A DNA stretch of 64,000 nucleotides, taken from positions 1-64,000 of the IMG/VR virus record IMGVR_UViG_3300021511_000005. One strand, written 5' to 3'. The position numbers and the translations under genes are program-made. The stretch comes from a virus. Below, piece by piece: positions 54,523 through 63,265 of the stretch. Position 1 is the stretch's first letter, and each line of letters opens with the position of its first letter. Below the pieces are notes generated by a model that worked only from the letters and a program-made list of their open reading frames with translations, was not told where the DNA came from and made no database searches.

Positions 54523-54762
54523 ATGGACGTCAAGACCGCAGTCGAGGTGTTGGAGCGATTCAAAGCCCACTACAGCATCTTGAAGTACTTCAGGTGGGAT
54601 CATCTTCCCGAGCCTCTACAGGCGGTTTCCAGGTCTTTCGGGATGCTGGCAGCGCGGGCGTTGCTCGACGTAGGTGATACGAAGGCGCCGGCGGAGGTGG
54701 CCGCGGGCCTGCGGAAGCTCCTGGAGGCGAAGGACTGTTTCGTCCGCGCGGCGCTGAAATGA
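54523..54762 (+). CDS. Small helical-hairpin phage protein (YFxxxHLP..LQ...GLRKLLEAKDCxVRA family)
   Basis: AGGAGG RBS; recognisable motif of a widespread phage protein family. Confidence 0.75.
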   Translation: MDVKTAVEVLERFKAHYSILKYFRWDHLPEPLQAVSRSFGMLAARALLDVGDTKAPAEVAAGLRKLLEAKDCFVRAALK

Positions 54763-54977
54763 GCGAGTATCTGTGGAGGGGATTGGCCATGGGGGTGGCC
54801 GAGACCGATTCGGCATTGAAGGCCTGGCCCAGGCAGATCTTCCAAGACTATGATGCTGGCGCGGCGGTGGCGAAGAAGGAGCGTGTGGCGCTGGCTCAGC
54901 TTCTTCGCGAGGCGTTGAAACATCTCGAGCCTGGCGATCTGCGGGAACGCGTCAAGCGGGCGCTATCGGGGGAGTGA
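54759..54977 (+). CDS. Hypothetical protein
   Basis: Coupled overlaps at both ends. Confidence 0.55.
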   Translation: MSEYLWRGLAMGVAETDSALKAWPRQIFQDYDAGAAVAKKERVALAQLLREALKHLEPGDLRERVKRALSGE

Positions 54978-55195
54978 TGATCGGGGCTCTGAAGGACTTG
55001 GTTTGGGCGTTCCTCCACCGGGTCGAGATGACGGTCGATATCTTGGACAAGGCTCCGGCACTGAGCTTCCGCCAAGCGTGGGGGATGGCCTGCCAGACGA
55101 TGCGGCAGGTAGAGCTGGAGGAGCTGGAGGATCTGCGGAAGCAGGTGGCCCGTATGCGGGACCTACGGGACGATTTGCGGAAACGGAGGACTTGA
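54974..55195 (+). CDS. Hypothetical protein with C-terminal coiled coil
   Basis: GGGGAG RBS; coupled. Confidence 0.55.
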   Translation: MMIGALKDLVWAFLHRVEMTVDILDKAPALSFRQAWGMACQTMRQVELEELEDLRKQVARMRDLRDDLRKRRT

Positions 55196-55362
55196 TGCAC
55201 TGGACATGGAAATTCGCGATGGTGGTTGCCGTCATGATCTATGCGAGCCTGGCGATCTGGGGATCGGAGTATATCTGTCGCGGAGCTTTGGCCGGGACCG
55301 CGTTGACCTACGTGCTGGAATTGGTCCCCTGTTGGCGGCGCAGGAGGCACCGATGGACTTGA
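55195..55362 (+). CDS. 55-aa membrane protein
   Basis: GGAGG RBS, TGATG overlap, two hydrophobic segments and an Arg-rich tail. Confidence 0.55.
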   Translation: MHWTWKFAMVVAVMIYASLAIWGSEYICRGALAGTALTYVLELVPCWRRRRHRWT

Positions 55363-55718
55363 AGCTGGTTCCGGGTGACAACGCCCTGATCAACACGGTG
55401 AGGGCGGCTCGCCAGCTCCTGTTGGCGCGGAAGGCCTGGCTGGAGAAGGAGCGGACCCTGTATGTGGAGCGACTCACCAGCAGACACAAAGGCCTCGAGC
55501 CGGACTTGGATCTGATGAACGAGTTGGAGGACGAGCGCTTCCAGGTCCAGGCGGAGGGGTTGTCCTACGAGGCCATGGCGGCAGAGTTGCAGGTCCTGGT
55601 GGACGGCTACGAGATCGTCCGCGAGCGGGGAGCCAACGGTTACCGTGTGGAGATCCGCGTGGAGCCCATTTCCGATTCCAACAACTTTGTGGATCCACCC
55701 GACAAATCGACACCTTAG
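55353..55718 (+). CDS. Hypothetical protein
   Basis: AGGAGG RBS. Confidence 0.6.
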   Translation: MDLKLVPGDNALINTVRAARQLLLARKAWLEKERTLYVERLTSRHKGLEPDLDLMNELEDERFQVQAEGLSYEAMAAELQVLVDGYEIVRERGANGYRVEIRVEPISDSNNFVDPPDKSTP

Positions 55719-55719
55719 A

Positions 55720-55745
55720 CGACACCCCGAAGATCCGCGGAAGGG
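55720..55745 (+). promoter_or_regulatory. Bipartite phage promoter-like motif, copy 3
   Basis: CGACACCCCGAAGATCCGCGGAAGGG in the gap upstream of the beta clamp gene. Confidence 0.55.
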
Positions 55746-55781
55746 CGGAAGGATCGGGGGCGACAGCAAACAGGAGCCGAC

Positions 55782-56837
55782 ATGAGCGAAACTATAGACA
55801 GAATCGTCGCAGTGGCCAAGTTCGCGGACGCCAAGAGCGACATCAACAGCAGCTTCCAGACTGTCCAGTTCACCAAGGGACGCGTGGCCGCTTGCAGCTA
55901 CGAGGGAGGGGCGTCCATGAGTATCGATGTGGACGTCAAGGCTGTGGTGGCCGCGTCCATCCTGCTGAAGGTCTGTAAGGCGATGCCCAACGCGGAGCTG
56001 TCCATGACGGAGCCGGAGAAGGGGTCCAAGGAGCGTCCGCGGCTGCAGCTCCGCCAGGGCGAGTCCGTGGCGGTCATCGACACCCAGCCGGACCAAACGG
56101 CCCCCAGAATCCCCAAGCCAGCCAAGAAGGCTACCTGGCATGAGGTCAGTGGGCTGGACGAGTTGGCGCGTGTGGCTTGGTGTTGCTGCGCGGATCCCAC
56201 GCGGAGGCACATGGCGGGCGTCTACCTGGGCCAGTACGGGATGGCCGCCACGGATGGTCACGCCGCTGTGATGCTGCAGACACCGGGGGACCTGACCAAG
56301 GAGCTGGGGGAGAACGGACAGATCGTTCCGCCGGCGATGATGAAGGGTTTGGGAAGCCCGGTGATGATGACGTCCAGCGGGCGGCAGCTGTTCTTCGCGG
56401 AAGACCCCAGCTCCGGCGATTTCCGTGTGGCCAATTGCTACGACGGACGATTCCCCCCCTTGGACCAGGCGATGAAGGGCGTGTGGAAGCAGCCCAAGAT
56501 GGAGGTCCCACGGGTCGAGTTCGAGGACATGGTCAAGTCCGCCAAGCTCGCGGACAAGAATCTGGTCCTGGCCGTGGAAGGTCAGCGGCTCCGCGTGGTG
56601 GTGGACCGCGGACGGATGGTCCAGACCCTGTTCGACTTCGAATCGGCCGTGAGCTTCGAGGGGAAGGTTCCCCCGGGCTATATCGGGTTCGGCGCTCATC
56701 TGGTTCTTCCGGCGCTCCAGGCCTGTGACAGCGATACGATCCAGGTCTTCCTCAATCCCCACGAGAAGGGGAGCATCGAGCCGATGGGCATCAGGGACGG
56801 TGGATACAAGGTCGTCATCATGCCCACGCGGATGTAG
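55782..56837 (+). CDS. dnaN: DNA polymerase III beta sliding clamp-like protein
   Basis: 351 aa; D..R..M.GVY, MAATDGH, IVP, GRFP.LD and terminal VIMPTRM motifs. Confidence 0.85.
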   Translation: MSETIDRIVAVAKFADAKSDINSSFQTVQFTKGRVAACSYEGGASMSIDVDVKAVVAASILLKVCKAMPNAELSMTEPEKGSKERPRLQLRQGESVAVIDTQPDQTAPRIPKPAKKATWHEVSGLDELARVAWCCCADPTRRHMAGVYLGQYGMAATDGHAAVMLQTPGDLTKELGENGQIVPPAMMKGLGSPVMMTSSGRQLFFAEDPSSGDFRVANCYDGRFPPLDQAMKGVWKQPKMEVPRVEFEDMVKSAKLADKNLVLAVEGQRLRVVVDRGRMVQTLFDFESAVSFEGKVPPGYIGFGAHLVLPALQACDSDTIQVFLNPHEKGSIEPMGIRDGGYKVVIMPTRM

Positions 56838-56840
56838 CCG

Positions 56841-57068
56841 GTGACCGTCCAGGAGCTGCGAGTGGTGCTGGCTGATCTGCCGGCGGAGATGCCAGTGTTG
56901 GTCCCCACGGGGACCAACTGGGCCTTCGTTGTCGAAGCGGGAGTGGAGGTCGTTTCCATCAAGGGAAGACATATCGCGTTGTCCGCAAGCGCGGGGTCAG
57001 GATTGGGAGTGGAGCTGCGGGGTTTGTTCTTGAAGCCTTATGAGGGCGATGGAGACAGGTATCCATGA
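56841..57068 (+). CDS. Hypothetical protein
   Basis: MTVQELRVVLADLPAEMPV N-terminal motif common in small phage proteins. Confidence 0.6.
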   Translation: MTVQELRVVLADLPAEMPVLVPTGTNWAFVVEAGVEVVSIKGRHIALSASAGSGLGVELRGLFLKPYEGDGDRYP

Positions 57069-57274
57069 TGCGTTCGAGCTGGATCTTGAAACTGGTGTCC
57101 GCGGAATGGCAGAAGCGGCCATTGACCAAGGCGGAGGCGGAGCGGTTGGTGATGTACCTGGACCATCTGGACAGCGCGGTGGCGGAAGCTTCTCTGGCGT
57201 TTGGACAGATGGAGGGCCACGCGCGGACGTTCTACAGATGTACTCAGGCCGCTGATGGGCGCGCGGACGAATGA
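57065..57274 (+). CDS. Hypothetical protein
   Basis: ATGA overlap. Confidence 0.5.
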   Translation: MMRSSWILKLVSAEWQKRPLTKAEAERLVMYLDHLDSAVAEASLAFGQMEGHARTFYRCTQAADGRADE

Positions 57275-57301
57275 CATCCGCAGCTCCCCGCGGAAGGGTA
57301 G
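57272..57301 (+). promoter_or_regulatory. Bipartite phage promoter-like motif, copy 4
   Basis: TGACATCCGCAGCTCCCCGCGGAAGGGTAG fills the intergenic gap. Confidence 0.65.
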
Positions 57302-57305
57302 AGGT

Positions 57306-57485
57306 ATGAAGGATCCGACGTTCATGGATTACAAGGACTGGAAGCGCCGCCACTTGAGGGAGTGCCGTTACACGTCCATGGACGCTAGGCGGTCCACGCT
57401 GAGTCGGACGGTCATGTGTGCCAAGTACTTTGTGGGTCGGCGCTGCATGTGGAGGTGGTGTCCCCTGCGGAAGGAAGATCCATGA
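57306..57485 (+). CDS. Small basic Cys-rich protein
   Basis: Four Cys; ATGA overlap at the 3' end. Confidence 0.55.
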   Translation: MKDPTFMDYKDWKRRHLRECRYTSMDARRSTLSRTVMCAKYFVGRRCMWRWCPLRKEDP

Positions 57486-57682
57486 AGTTGACGATCGAGC
57501 TGCCCGAGGTGGACGTGGACGAGGCGATCCGCGCCTTGTATGGGGTTCGTCGGTGGTGTCGGCTGTATTCCGATGAGGGGCTGCGGGAGCCAGAGATGGG
57601 CGATGAGCGGTTGTTGGAGCAGGACGCGTGGAACGTGCTGGAGGTGTTGCGGAAGGCCTTGGAGAGGGGGCGCGGACGATGA
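57482..57682 (+). CDS. Hypothetical protein
   Basis: ATGA overlaps at both ends. Confidence 0.55.
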   Translation: MKLTIELPEVDVDEAIRALYGVRRWCRLYSDEGLREPEMGDERLLEQDAWNVLEVLRKALERGRGR

Positions 57683-58194
57683 AACTGGTCCGATTGATCG
57701 GCGGCAAGCCCGCGCCGGAGGCCAAGTTCGAGGTGACCGTCCACGGCTACTCCATGATGATCAAGTGTCCGTGTGGAACGGTATGGACCACCACGGTCCC
57801 GGGTCCGGGGAGGCAGCGGGAGGAGATGTGCCCCAGCGGCTGTGGACACGGGATTGACGTGGACGCACGCCCGATAATGGAGGTCCAGTGGGTGGATCTT
57901 CCACCGCCGGGGCCCCTGGAGGATGTGCTGCGGAATTTGACCTATCCGGTCCCGGAGGTCTTGCGGAACGCTTTCCGTATTCCGGAGGAGCGTTTCCACA
58001 GGGAGTATCTGTGCGAGCCGGTACCGGCCGGCTTTGACTGGTTCTGCGGGGTCTGCCGGTTGGGTTACTACTCGCCGGACGTGAAACGGTCGGACGCGGA
58101 CAGCAATCCGCTGTGTCGCTGCGGACGGGTCCTGAACGGTTCACACGAACAACCCCCAGGACTGCGCTGGGTAGGAGAAGACGATGGGGACTGA
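57679..58194 (+). CDS. Double Zn-ribbon protein
   Basis: CPCG...CPSGCG and CGVC...CRCG. Confidence 0.65.
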   Translation: MKLVRLIGGKPAPEAKFEVTVHGYSMMIKCPCGTVWTTTVPGPGRQREEMCPSGCGHGIDVDARPIMEVQWVDLPPPGPLEDVLRNLTYPVPEVLRNAFRIPEERFHREYLCEPVPAGFDWFCGVCRLGYYSPDVKRSDADSNPLCRCGRVLNGSHEQPPGLRWVGEDDGD

Positions 58195-59860
58195 CTACTA
58201 TCTGATCGACCCGAAGGCCCGGCAAGTCCTCTACATCGACCGCGCGGGCTCTGACTTCTGCTGCGTCCATCCCGGTCCCGAGCGCCAGAAGGTCCCGGAC
58301 CACGGGACCGTCCGCGTGGTGACCGCGGGAGTCTTGGAGGCAGTGAGGGAGAGCCTGGAGGATGATGGGCCGCACGCGGACTTGCGCACGAAGGACGCCT
58401 ACAATTGGTGCCTGGGGCGGACGCCGGTCCTGCTGGTGGACGACCACAGCTCCGGGGATGAAGTCGCGTTTGCATTCTGCGGTATGGTCTCTGCCGGCGA
58501 GGTGGAGGGCTGGTCCGCGGCGCCGGACGCGGGGACGGACCCCCGTCCGCGGAGCCAGCAGGAGCGGTGGGACAGCGCCATGTTCGAGCTGCGGGAGGCC
58601 GGCGTGGACGTTCCGCGGATGGCCATCGAGCAGGCGATGCGGAACTACGTCCGCCTGGGCCTGGGCAAGGATGAGCGGAAGGCCGCGGACGAGGCGATCC
58701 CCCACCGGATGTCCGCGGAGGGGATGAAGCTCCAGTACGAGCTGGACGTCCGCGACTTCGACGCGGGCGTGGCGGACACGGCCCACACGGTCCTGGTCCT
58801 CCGCAGCAAGGACCCCGGCCACGGTTTCCACCAGCCGGTCTACGGCGCGGTCTTCCAGGAGGAGTGGAACGGCGAGGACGACCCAGAGGCCCAGGGCGTC
58901 CGCATCGGCTACGGGCGGGACGTGCTGTCCGCCATCCAGGACCTGCTGGGCTCGGAGTCCGCGGAGGTGGACGAGGGCGACCTGCCCGGGCGGACCACCG
59001 GCGCGGAGCTTCCGCGGGAGGTGATCTTGGAGGCGGCGCTGGCGGACGCCTACGGACGGATCGAGCAGCTGCTGGAGGAGCGCCGGCCTCTCCTGGACCA
59101 GGCCAACGCGCTGGTCCTGTCCATGGAGCAGCGGGAGGCCATCGGGGAGGACTGGCACCCCTACTACGATCAGTGGCTGCGGACGTTCGCGGAGTGGTGC
59201 GCGCGGATGGGGCCCGAGTACTGGGGTCACCGGGATGCCGCCCACCTGGTCCGCTCCCTGTTCGCCAAGCTGTCGGGCTTCGAGCCCCAGGAGTCGCCGG
59301 AGCCCCGGCCGCTGTTCTACCCGACGATCCGCGGCGGCGAGCCTGAGCGGGACCAGGAGCGCCCGCAGACGTCGGAGCTGGAGAAGGACCCGGACCCCCA
59401 GAACGCCTACTGGGCGCAGCGGCGCGAGTCGGTGGAGGCCGGTCCGCCGGAGTGGCGTCAGCGCCGGCCGCCGCGGACGACGCGCGACAGGAGCGTGACC
59501 CACGAGGTCGTGACCCGCTTCAACGTGGAGACGGGCTACGTCGAGTGGCGCGGCTACCGCATCCTGCTGGGCGCGCTGGAGCCGCTGGACCAGCCCCTTC
59601 TGCAGAGCAACGGCCACCTGTTGGAGGGCGTGATGTTGCTCCACGAGGTCTGGGAGGACATCGCGGAGAAGTTCATGCTGGGCGTCCCGCCGGAGAAGTC
59701 TCTGGCGGACATCCTGACGGGGGACATCACGGAGCGTGTCCGCGCCTACCTCGACCGGATCCCGCGGGTGACGGAGGACGACCTGGCGGACAGCCACGGC
59801 GGGCCGGAGCTGGGCTCCCCGGCCCCCCACAAGCTATGGACAGGAGAGGACGATGGATAA
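58184..59860 (+). CDS. Large acidic multi-module hypothetical protein
   Basis: AGGAG RBS; 558 aa; very high GC3. Confidence 0.75.
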   Translation: MGTDYYLIDPKARQVLYIDRAGSDFCCVHPGPERQKVPDHGTVRVVTAGVLEAVRESLEDDGPHADLRTKDAYNWCLGRTPVLLVDDHSSGDEVAFAFCGMVSAGEVEGWSAAPDAGTDPRPRSQQERWDSAMFELREAGVDVPRMAIEQAMRNYVRLGLGKDERKAADEAIPHRMSAEGMKLQYELDVRDFDAGVADTAHTVLVLRSKDPGHGFHQPVYGAVFQEEWNGEDDPEAQGVRIGYGRDVLSAIQDLLGSESAEVDEGDLPGRTTGAELPREVILEAALADAYGRIEQLLEERRPLLDQANALVLSMEQREAIGEDWHPYYDQWLRTFAEWCARMGPEYWGHRDAAHLVRSLFAKLSGFEPQESPEPRPLFYPTIRGGEPERDQERPQTSELEKDPDPQNAYWAQRRESVEAGPPEWRQRRPPRTTRDRSVTHEVVTRFNVETGYVEWRGYRILLGALEPLDQPLLQSNGHLLEGVMLLHEVWEDIAEKFMLGVPPEKSLADILTGDITERVRAYLDRIPRVTEDDLADSHGGPELGSPAPHKLWTGEDDG

Positions 59861-61820
59861 GCTACAGGCGCTGGAGGAGCGCATCCTTGAGCTGCAGAAA
59901 CGGGAGAAGGTGGTGGCTGCTTTGGAGAAGCGGCTCGCCCAGGTGGAGGGTCTTCTCAGCATGCCCGAGGATCAGGACGAATCCCTGTGGGGTCTGGAGA
60001 AGCGGGTCAGGGCCCTTGAGAGCATCGAGCTGCGGTTGGCCCAGCCCCTGGCGGACCGACAAACGGAGCTGGCTGGGCGGATGTCTGAGCTGGAGGAGCT
60101 GGCCGGGCGGATGTCTGAGCTGGAGGAGCTGGGACAGCGGCTGTTGGGCACGTTGGAAGCGCAGCCCCATCAGCTCTTGAATCTGGCGTCCACAACGAAG
60201 CTCGAGGATCTGGAGGATCGGGGCAAGGCCGGGCTCAAGCGTCTGCAGGCGCTGGAGATGCGATGCTCCAGGATGGAGACGAACACAGATGAGTGGCTGG
60301 CCAAGGTGGGGGACCAGGCCTCGGGGGCTCTGCAGCGGGTGGCCCGTCTGGAGGAGGATCGGGGGGAGATGGAGGCTCTGGAGGCCTTGGCGGACAAGTT
60401 CGATTCGATGGGGGGGTGGTCCCGGCTCCTTGACGACGTCCAGCCCCGGCTGGAGGCCCTGGAGGCCAAGGCGGATCGGTTCCCCGATGGGATGGGGCAG
60501 CAGGCGATGAAGCGGCTTGAGGCGTCGGAGCAGGAGTGGGTGATCTGCCAGGCCCGTATCATGGCGCTGGAGGAGTTCGAGGTGGATGGGCAGCGGCTCA
60601 CTCGAAAGCGTTTCGACGTGCAATTGTTGAGTCGGTTTCAAGAGCTAGAGGAGTTGATGGAGCGGGTCCAGGAGCGGGTGATGGACGGCTTTCGCCAGCG
60701 TCCGCGCTGTGTGGACTGTGGTGCGGCGATTAAGGCTCCAGCATGCCGCTGTCCTCAATGCAGTGGGGGGGAGCCTGTTGGCCTAGCGGCGCGAGTCGCA
60801 GTGTTGGAGGAGCAGGCGCCATGGGCGGACGCTTTCCGCAGTCTGCGGAAGCGAATAGAGGGGTTGGAGGAGGATCCAAGCCTCGCGGGGCTCCAGGGGG
60901 CCATTGACGGCGTGGAGGATGCTGCCGAGCTGGCGCGCGGACGGCTGGAGAAGCGGATCGATTTGTTGGAGACGACGCAGAGCGATGCCGCCCGGGCGCG
61001 GACGGAGATTCGGGAGCATCTGTCCCGGGCGATGAATGTGCCGGGCAAGGCGATCAACGGGTTTGAGCGCCGGCTTCACGCGATAGAGGCAGCGCAAGCG
61101 GGCCAGGTCCTTCTGGACAAGGACCGGGCCGTGGAAGCCCAAGAGCTGAGCCATGGCCTGGCCAACCAGGTGGACGCTTTGAACGCACTGGACGGCCGTG
61201 TGGCTGTCCTGGAGACGATGCCAGACGAGGGTCCGGTGGTGGGCAAGCCCTTCCGCAATACCAAGGACCTGCAGAACGTTTTGAGTGGCACGGTGATGGG
61301 CGGATTCATCCCCAGTCCCCAGGCCCAGGCGGAGGTGAATCAGCATGTCCGGAACCTGCAGGACACGGCCGCCTTGCTGCAGGGGTTGGCGGAACAGCAG
61401 GAGCTGGCCGGGGCCTATCCGGCGAATAGCGAGCTGGCGGGACCTTGCGACTGTCCCCAGATGCCCTGTGAGCATGATAACCTGCCACCGTTGTTCGCGA
61501 ACGGGGAGCGCGCGAACCTGGTCAAGCTTCAAGCCCCGGTCCAGAGTCTGGTCCGTCCAGTCGGGTGGGTGATGACGGACTACGTGGGGGCTGTGACGGT
61601 GGAACAGCGCGGGGAGGTCATCAAGCTCCGCGGCGATTGCCTGGTGACCTGGACCTCCGTGGGGGATGTGTGGGTGGCCGTATTGGGCGACAATGCTATG
61701 GTGTCCGGTAAGGTAAGGGCTTGGGAGGCTGCGGGGGCAAATCCAATGACCTTCGAGTCCAAGCCGGTCTTGGAGGTGGAGGTCATGGAGGTCAAGCGCT
61801 ACGGCGACAAGGCCCATTGA
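59853..61820 (+). CDS. Long coiled-coil protein with a central Zn-ribbon
   Basis: Repeated RLxALE heptads; CVDC...CRCPQC. Confidence 0.8.
   Translation: MDKLQALEERILELQKREKVVAALEKRLAQVEGLLSMPEDQDESLWGLEKRVRALESIELRLAQPLADRQTELAGRMSELEELAGRMSELEELGQRLLGTLEAQPHQLLNLASTTKLEDLEDRGKAGLKRLQALEMRCSRMETNTDEWLAKVGDQASGALQRVARLEEDRGEMEALEALADKFDSMGGWSRLLDDVQPRLEALEAKADRFPDGMGQQAMKRLEASEQEWVICQARIMALEEFEVDGQRLTRKRFDVQLLSRFQELEELMERVQERVMDGFRQRPRCVDCGAAIKAPACRCPQCSGGEPVGLAARVAVLEEQAPWADAFRSLRKRIEGLEEDPSLAGLQGAIDGVEDAAELARGRLEKRIDLLETTQSDAARARTEIREHLSRAMNVPGKAINGFERRLHAIEAAQAGQVLLDKDRAVEAQELSHGLANQVDALNALDGRVAVLETMPDEGPVVGKPFRNTKDLQNVLSGTVMGGFIPSPQAQAEVNQHVRNLQDTAALLQGLAEQQELAGAYPANSELAGPCDCPQMPCEHDNLPPLFANGERANLVKLQAPVQSLVRPVGWVMTDYVGAVTVEQRGEVIKLRGDCLVTWTSVGDVWVAVLGDNAMVSGKVRAWEAAGANPMTFESKPVLEVEVMEVKRYGDKAH
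60065..60132. repeat. 30-bp tandem repeat x2.3 (ELAGRMSELE)
   Basis: Units at 60065-60094 and 60095-60124 differ at one base. Confidence 0.9.
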
Positions 61821-62296
61821 TGCCGATCCTGGATAGTGTGAGGGGGCAGCAGCCTACGATGGGATCGTGGGGGGCGCCGGCGACGGTGGACGGGACGCCG
61901 GCGATGGATACACCTCTATTTCGTCGATGTACGGGCCACTGCTGTCAGTGCTTCTGTCTGGGGGGTATGTCTCTCGAGGACTTCCGCGAGAACCTGCGGC
62001 GCTCGCGACTGCCGGGCGGCTACTTGTCGCAGGGCTGGCCCCAGCGATGTTCCAATGGGAAGTTTCTGCAGGGGCCGGTGGTCGATATCGAGCTGATCGT
62101 GGATATGCTGATTCCATGGAAGGAAAGCGATCCACGACCAGTGAGTCGATCATCAGGGACCCCGGATAGCCTTCCGCGGTTCACCTGCCGGTACCTGGAC
62201 GGGGATCGCTGTAGTATCTACAGTCGGCGGCCGCACTTCTGTCGGAGCTATCCGAATGGGGCGTGTGAATACCGAGATTGCACGAGGGAGCATTGA
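61820..62296 (+). CDS. YkgJ-family (CxxxCC) cysteine-cluster protein
   Basis: CTGHCC ... CRYLDGDRCSIYSRRPHFCRSYP. Confidence 0.78.
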   Translation: MPILDSVRGQQPTMGSWGAPATVDGTPAMDTPLFRRCTGHCCQCFCLGGMSLEDFRENLRRSRLPGGYLSQGWPQRCSNGKFLQGPVVDIELIVDMLIPWKESDPRPVSRSSGTPDSLPRFTCRYLDGDRCSIYSRRPHFCRSYPNGACEYRDCTREH

Positions 62297-62514
62297 CCAA
62301 GGTCAATCTGATCCGCGATCACCCGCTGACCTGGCGGATGGTGAAGGGCGCGCGCAAGGGTGTTTGTCGGTACTACACGGCGCAAGGACGGCCGCCGCGG
62401 CGCGATTCGATTCTGTGTCTGGGGCTCGAGGGCGCGTGGCGGCCATGCCTGGATCGAGAGATCTGCCTAGAAGTGGCACCGGGCCAGCGGCGTGGTGTAG
62501 ACTCGAAACGCTAA
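62293..62514 (+). CDS. Hypothetical protein
   Basis: TTGA and TAATG overlaps. Confidence 0.45.
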   Translation: MTKVNLIRDHPLTWRMVKGARKGVCRYYTAQGRPPRRDSILCLGLEGAWRPCLDREICLEVAPGQRRGVDSKR

Positions 62515-62756
62515 TGGGGCAGCTCACGGACAGTCAGCGGAGGATCTTGGGGATCCTGGTTGTGGAGCATGGATGGTGGGCCAAAGCGACGAGCTTGGCG
62601 TCCATGCTAGGCATCAATCCCCAGGGCTGCGGGATGGCGCTGAAGGGGCTCTACAAGCGGGGGCTGGTGGACCGTCGGCCGCCAGCTCCCAAGGACTCGG
62701 CGGAGTATCGGATCAACGCGGAGGGCATCAAGGAGGCCCAACGCCATGGAGAGTAG
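62514..62756 (+). CDS. MarR-like winged-helix protein
   Basis: LTDSQRRIL...ATSLASMLGI...LKGLYKRGLVDR...YRINAEG. Confidence 0.75.
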   Translation: MGQLTDSQRRILGILVVEHGWWAKATSLASMLGINPQGCGMALKGLYKRGLVDRRPPAPKDSAEYRINAEGIKEAQRHGE

Positions 62757-63045
62757 ATATCGCGTGGACCTGGCAGTCTTTGATCCCCCGGAGGGAGAGG
62801 ACGAGGAGCCGGCCGTGGTTTGCCAGATGACGGCTCACGGGGCCAGTTTGGAGGGCGCCATCGCCAACGCGATCGTGGCGATGGCGCCGCATATCATCCA
62901 CATGGGCTACGAGTTCATGGTGGTGGGCGCGGGGGTCTTCTGCGACGTCCACGGCTGCTACCACGAGATCCGGAATGTTCTGGGCCATGCCGCGGAACAG
63001 CCGGAAGTGGTCTTCGAGGGACCGCCGGAGCCGGCGGTCAATTGA
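62746..63045 (+). CDS. Hypothetical protein
   Basis: AGGAGG RBS. Confidence 0.55.
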   Translation: MESRYRVDLAVFDPPEGEDEEPAVVCQMTAHGASLEGAIANAIVAMAPHIIHMGYEFMVVGAGVFCDVHGCYHEIRNVLGHAAEQPEVVFEGPPEPAVN

Positions 63046-63049
63046 GGCC

Positions 63050-63265
63050 ATGATGGTCCACGAGGTCTTGTTGTTGTGCGAATGGAAGCTGGAGGCCTTC
63101 GAGCAAGCGCTGGGAGTCGAGTGGCCCTACATCCGGTTGGCGCTGCGAGTGTGGCGTCAAGCCCTTGGGCTGTGGCCACGGGGGGTCATCGGTCCGGAGC
63201 GCCAGCTTCCAGCTTACCAGTTCTTCTACGGGCAGCTGTGGCGATTGAAGGGGGTCACGAGGTGA
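63050..63265 (+). CDS. Hypothetical protein
   Basis: GAGG RBS; GTGA overlap at the 3' end. Confidence 0.5.
   Translation: MMVHEVLLLCEWKLEAFEQALGVEWPYIRLALRVWRQALGLWPRGVIGPERQLPAYQFFYGQLWRLKGVTR

Noticed and set aside
2966-61817. Long minus-strand ORFs (e.g. 2966-4480, 5156-7372, 37765-39462, 55308-56972, 57761-59830)
   Set aside because: Antisense shadows of high-GC3 plus-strand genes; they have no recognisable motifs and overlap well-supported CDSs
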